From Fidelibacterota bacterium (GTDB taxonomy: Bacteria; Pseudomonadota; Alphaproteobacteria; Rhodospirillales; Rhodospirillaceae): a stretch of DNA of 64,000 bases. The stretch lies in assembly GCA_947470105.1 (NCBI GenBank), contig CANISR010000002.1, positions 1,583 to 65,582 on the forward strand. The letters run 5' to 3'. Positions 59,533 through 64,000 of this stretch are shown here, one piece after another (position 1 is the stretch's first letter; the number at the start of each line of letters is the position of its first letter). Made by a program: the position numbers and the translations under genes. The notes under the pieces are model-generated. The model made no database searches, was not told where the DNA came from, and was given only the letters and a program-made list of their open reading frames with translations.

Positions 59533-60267
59533 TTACTCCGCCGGCATGCGCGAGAGGCTGACTTCGCTCATGCGCGCGTTACGCAGCTTCACCGCCAGCA
59601 GTTCGGCGCGCAGGCGCAGGACCCAGACGGCGACGGTGTAGCAGGTGAAGGCGCCCAACATCAGAAACAGCGGTAGCAGGATCGAGCCGTCCACGGTGAA
59701 GCCGCCCATTTTCACGATGGAAGGCTGGTGCAGGGTGTTCCACCACTCCACCGAGAAATGGATGATCGGCAGATTGACCGAGCCGACGACGGCGAGGATG
59801 GCGGCGGCTTTGTCGCCGCGCTCCGGATCCTCGAAGGCGTCCGCGAGGGCGATGTAGCCGAGGTAGAGGAAGAACAGCAGCAAGAATGACGTGAGCCGCG
59901 CATCCCACACCCAAAAGGTGCCCCACATGGGCTGGCCCCAGAGCATGCCGGTGATCAGCGCGAGGCCCGTGAAGGTCGCACCCATGGGCGCGATGGCGCG
60001 GGCGGAGACATTGGCCATGGGGTGACGCCAGATCAGGAAGGCGGCGCTGCTCACAGCCATGCTGCCGTAGACCAGGAGCGAGATCCACGCCGAGGGGACA
60101 TGAATGTAGAACAGCCGCACGGTGTCGCCCTGCTGGTAGTCGGGCGGTGACGTCACCAGCGCGATGGGCAGGCCCGCCAGGAACAACACCACGGCGAGGC
60201 CAGCGGCCCACGGGAAGACAGCGTTGGCGATCCGCATGAAGGTGGTGGGGTTGGCGAACCTGTGCAT
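59533..60267 (-). CDS. ccmC: haem exporter protein CcmC
   Basis: MHRFANPTTF start, WGQPMWGTFWVWDARLTS WWD motif. The ORF-track 345-aa version has an R-rich leader with no support and was trimmed to the ATG at 60267. Confidence 0.92.
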   Translation of the reverse strand: MHRFANPTTFMRIANAVFPWAAGLAVVLFLAGLPIALVTSPPDYQQGDTVRLFYIHVPSAWISLLVYGSMAVSSAAFLIWRHPMANVSARAIAPMGATFTGLALITGMLWGQPMWGTFWVWDARLTSFLLLFFLYLGYIALADAFEDPERGDKAAAILAVVGSVNLPIIHFSVEWWNTLHQPSIVKMGGFTVDGSILLPLFLMLGAFTCYTVAVWVLRLRAELLAVKLRNARMSEVSLSRMPAE

Positions 60268-60496
60268 GGTCTTCTGCTTGGTCTTTTGTCTGGCCGAAGG
60301 CGGAGTTTTAAGGCTGGACGCAGGTTTATCCGGAGCACCCCGGCCCATCCACTTAAATATAAGCCGTAAGTCGCTGGAGTCCGACAACTTCCGTGTGATT
60401 CTGGGATCACGTACGCGCGTGGCCGCGCGGCCCCGCTCCCGGTCTCTCCTCGCGTGATACGTCACGTCAACGGGCAACACCAAACTATTGGAATCC

Positions 60497-61162
60497 CTAT
60501 TCCGCAGCCTGCCGCAGTGCAGCAGCGGCGGCCCAGGGCGCCAAGGTAACCGCGAACAACGCCAGAGCACCCAGCAGCGCCAGCGTGGCTTTGGTGGAGA
60601 CCCCGATGATGGCGGCCTCCACGCTCAGGGTTCCGAAGATCAGGATCGGCACATAAAGCGGCAGCACCAGGAACGACAGCAACACGCCGCCGCGGCGGCT
60701 GCCCAACACCAGGGCGGCGCCGACGGCGCCGATGAGGCTGACGGTGGGTGTCCCCAGAAACAAGGCGAGCAGCAGTGCGCCGTACCCTTGCGCCGGCAGA
60801 TGCAAGGTCACCGCAAGCACCGGCGAAAGGATGATCAGTGGTAGTCCCGTGGTCAGCCAGTGGGCGGCGGTTTTCGCCAGCACCACGAACACCAGCGGTT
60901 CGCCGCAGAGCACCAGTTGATCCAGGGTGCCGTCCTCGAAATCCACCGCGAAGATCCGGTCCAGCGACAAAAGCGCCGCCAGCAGGGCCGAAACCCACAG
61001 CACACCGGAGGCAATACGCGCCAGCGTGTTGGTTTCCGGCCCGATGCCGAGCGGAAACAGCACGGTAGCGATGGCGAAAAACGCCAGAACGGTGAACGTG
61101 TCCGCACTCTGGCGGATGGCGAGGGACAGATCGCGTTTGAGCACCGCAGCAAAGACGGTCAT
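60497..61162 (-). CDS. ccmB: haem exporter permease CcmB
   Basis: 221 aa, six hydrophobic segments, CcmB-like FPLGIGPE and LLLSLDRIF motifs. Adjacent to ccmA. Confidence 0.9.
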   Translation of the reverse strand: MTVFAAVLKRDLSLAIRQSADTFTVLAFFAIATVLFPLGIGPETNTLARIASGVLWVSALLAALLSLDRIFAVDFEDGTLDQLVLCGEPLVFVVLAKTAAHWLTTGLPLIILSPVLAVTLHLPAQGYGALLLALFLGTPTVSLIGAVGAALVLGSRRGGVLLSFLVLPLYVPILIFGTLSVEAAIIGVSTKATLALLGALALFAVTLAPWAAAAALRQAAE

Positions 61163-61181
61163 TGGCTCCGCTCCGCTGCGC

Positions 61182-61880
61182 TCATACCGCTTCGCTCCAG
61201 TGGGTTTCCGAAACGTTGGTAAAGGCGCCCACGTCCAGGGGCGCGCCGTTTTCCACCACCGTCGTGCCGTGACTGGCGATCACCACCATGCCGCCCCGCG
61301 CCCGGTGATCGGCGATGATGCCGGCCAGGGCCTGGAGTGAGGCATCGTCGAGGGCGTTGCCGGGCTCGTCCAGCAGCCACAGGGGCGCCGGCGCCACCAG
61401 CAGCCGTGCGAGAGACAGACGGTGCCGCTGGCCTGCCGACAGCAGGCGGGCCGGAAAGTCCGCAAGCGCCCCCAAACCGAGCCTTTGGGCCGCCTGTTTC
61501 ACGTCTACGGGGGGGTATCCCCACAGATTTCGCCAGAATTCCAGGTTCTCGGCCACTGTCAGGGCCGGTTTGACCGCATCCAGATGGCCAATAAAGCGCA
61601 AAAGCGCGCTATGGGCCTCGAAATCGTGGATTTCGGCCCCATTCCAGGCCAATTCACCCGCGGATTTGCGGTTCAGTCCCGCCATGAGCCGCAGCAGGGT
61701 GGTCTTGCCGCTGCCATTATGGCCGCGCAGGACCACGGCCTCGCCTGAACTGATACTGAAGGTGAGCCCCGCGAAAACCAAGCGTCCGCCGCGGCGGCAG
61801 GCTAGGCCTGTGCCGGAAAAGCTGGCGCGCTCAAAGGTTTGTAGGCTCAAGGCTGTCCCCGAATTGATCCGGGGGACCAT
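61182..61880 (-). CDS. ccmA: cytochrome c biogenesis ABC transporter ATP-binding protein CcmA
   Basis: Walker A GHNGSGKTTLLR, signature LSAGQRHRL, Walker B LWLLDEPGNALD. The start is uncertain; ATG at 61880 was chosen. Confidence 0.88.
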   Translation of the reverse strand: MVPRINSGTALSLQTFERASFSGTGLACRRGGRLVFAGLTFSISSGEAVVLRGHNGSGKTTLLRLMAGLNRKSAGELAWNGAEIHDFEAHSALLRFIGHLDAVKPALTVAENLEFWRNLWGYPPVDVKQAAQRLGLGALADFPARLLSAGQRHRLSLARLLVAPAPLWLLDEPGNALDDASLQALAGIIADHRARGGMVVIASHGTTVVENGAPLDVGAFTNVSETHWSEAV

Positions 61881-62352
61881 AGCAGACCGCCACGCGCCGT
61901 AACGGGGGCAAAAAATATAGAGGTTGGGTAAAAAAGCGGCCGGCGCCGGGGTTCTGGGGGAGAAGGGGCGCCGGCCGTCTTGTATGGGCTGTCCTCTGCG
62001 GCAAAGGGTTTGGGGGAACCGCATTGCCTGATGCAGGGGCCGCTATCGAACGAGGGCCCCTAGCTATTGCCCATAACCATCACTTCACACCCCAAATGTG
62101 GCAACTTTTTGGGCCCAGTCTGCCCGCTAAATTGTAATACCCGTCAATGGGTTGGCGCAAATAAGCGCGGCGATGCGCCCTGGACTTTGGGCGGCGAATG
62201 TGGATTATGGCCGGTAAGCTTCCTTGGGGGGTAGCGGTTACGTCAAAACGGCATCTGCGTGCGTCCACGCGCAGGACAGGTCCGCCGTTTCCGTCCTCTG
62301 CTCCCTATCGGGACGCATAAAACATAAAAACAAACGCGAAGGAGCGGATCTC

Positions 62353-64000
<1,648 letters not shown>

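Noticed and set aside
60268-60570. N-terminal 101 codons of the 345-aa ORF containing ccmC; similar upstream extensions of ccmA (61881-62024), ccmE (59347-59484) and the methyltransferase (13261-13446)
   Set aside because: The extensions are Arg/Pro-rich and lack homology-like features. They either overlap the preceding gene or precede a canonical family N-terminus at an internal start.

Overview
GC-rich (roughly two-thirds G+C by eye) bacterial chromosomal window, densely coding, with no rRNA, CRISPR array, transposase or integrase. Gene content and synteny (rpsT-dnaA-dnaN-recF-gyrB, DUF1674, CycH/CcmI-type System I cytochrome c maturation, clustered GANTC sites) fit an alphaproteobacterium; this is inference, no search was run. 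All product calls rest on motifs read from the supplied translations. About 70 CDS are supported: housekeeping genes (tsaD, gpsA, folD, argG, rlmN, dut, coaBC, ubiB/ubiE, mutM, acnA), the replication cluster, a contiguous ccmABCDEFGHI-sco-ycgN block, and an envelope glycoconjugate locus (GT4, GT2, AsnB-type amidotransferase, two methyltransferases, a flippase-like membrane protein, an ABC-2 exporter). There is one tRNA-Ala(CGC). The most interesting region is 23.7-28.5 kb. It holds an NsrR-led operon pairing a group-I truncated haemoglobin with its own 2Fe-2S/FNR-type reductase, behind a promoter with a perfect FNR-family box and a perfect AT-rich dyad. Next to it are a c-type cytochrome and a two-domain multicopper oxidase, then a secreted proline-rich tandem-repeat protein bracketed by the tRNA-Ala gene and a decayed copy of its 3' half. 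Other oddities: a 90-bp tandem duplication that re-copies the last 16 codons of dnaA plus its hairpin, eight GANTC sites clustered in the rpsT-dnaA spacer, an 80-residue polybasic tail on ManC, a Lys/Ala/Pro-rich RHH-like protein abutting gyrB, and an orphan 471-aa TPR-like protein. Many long ORFs in the track are antisense artefacts of high GC and were rejected.
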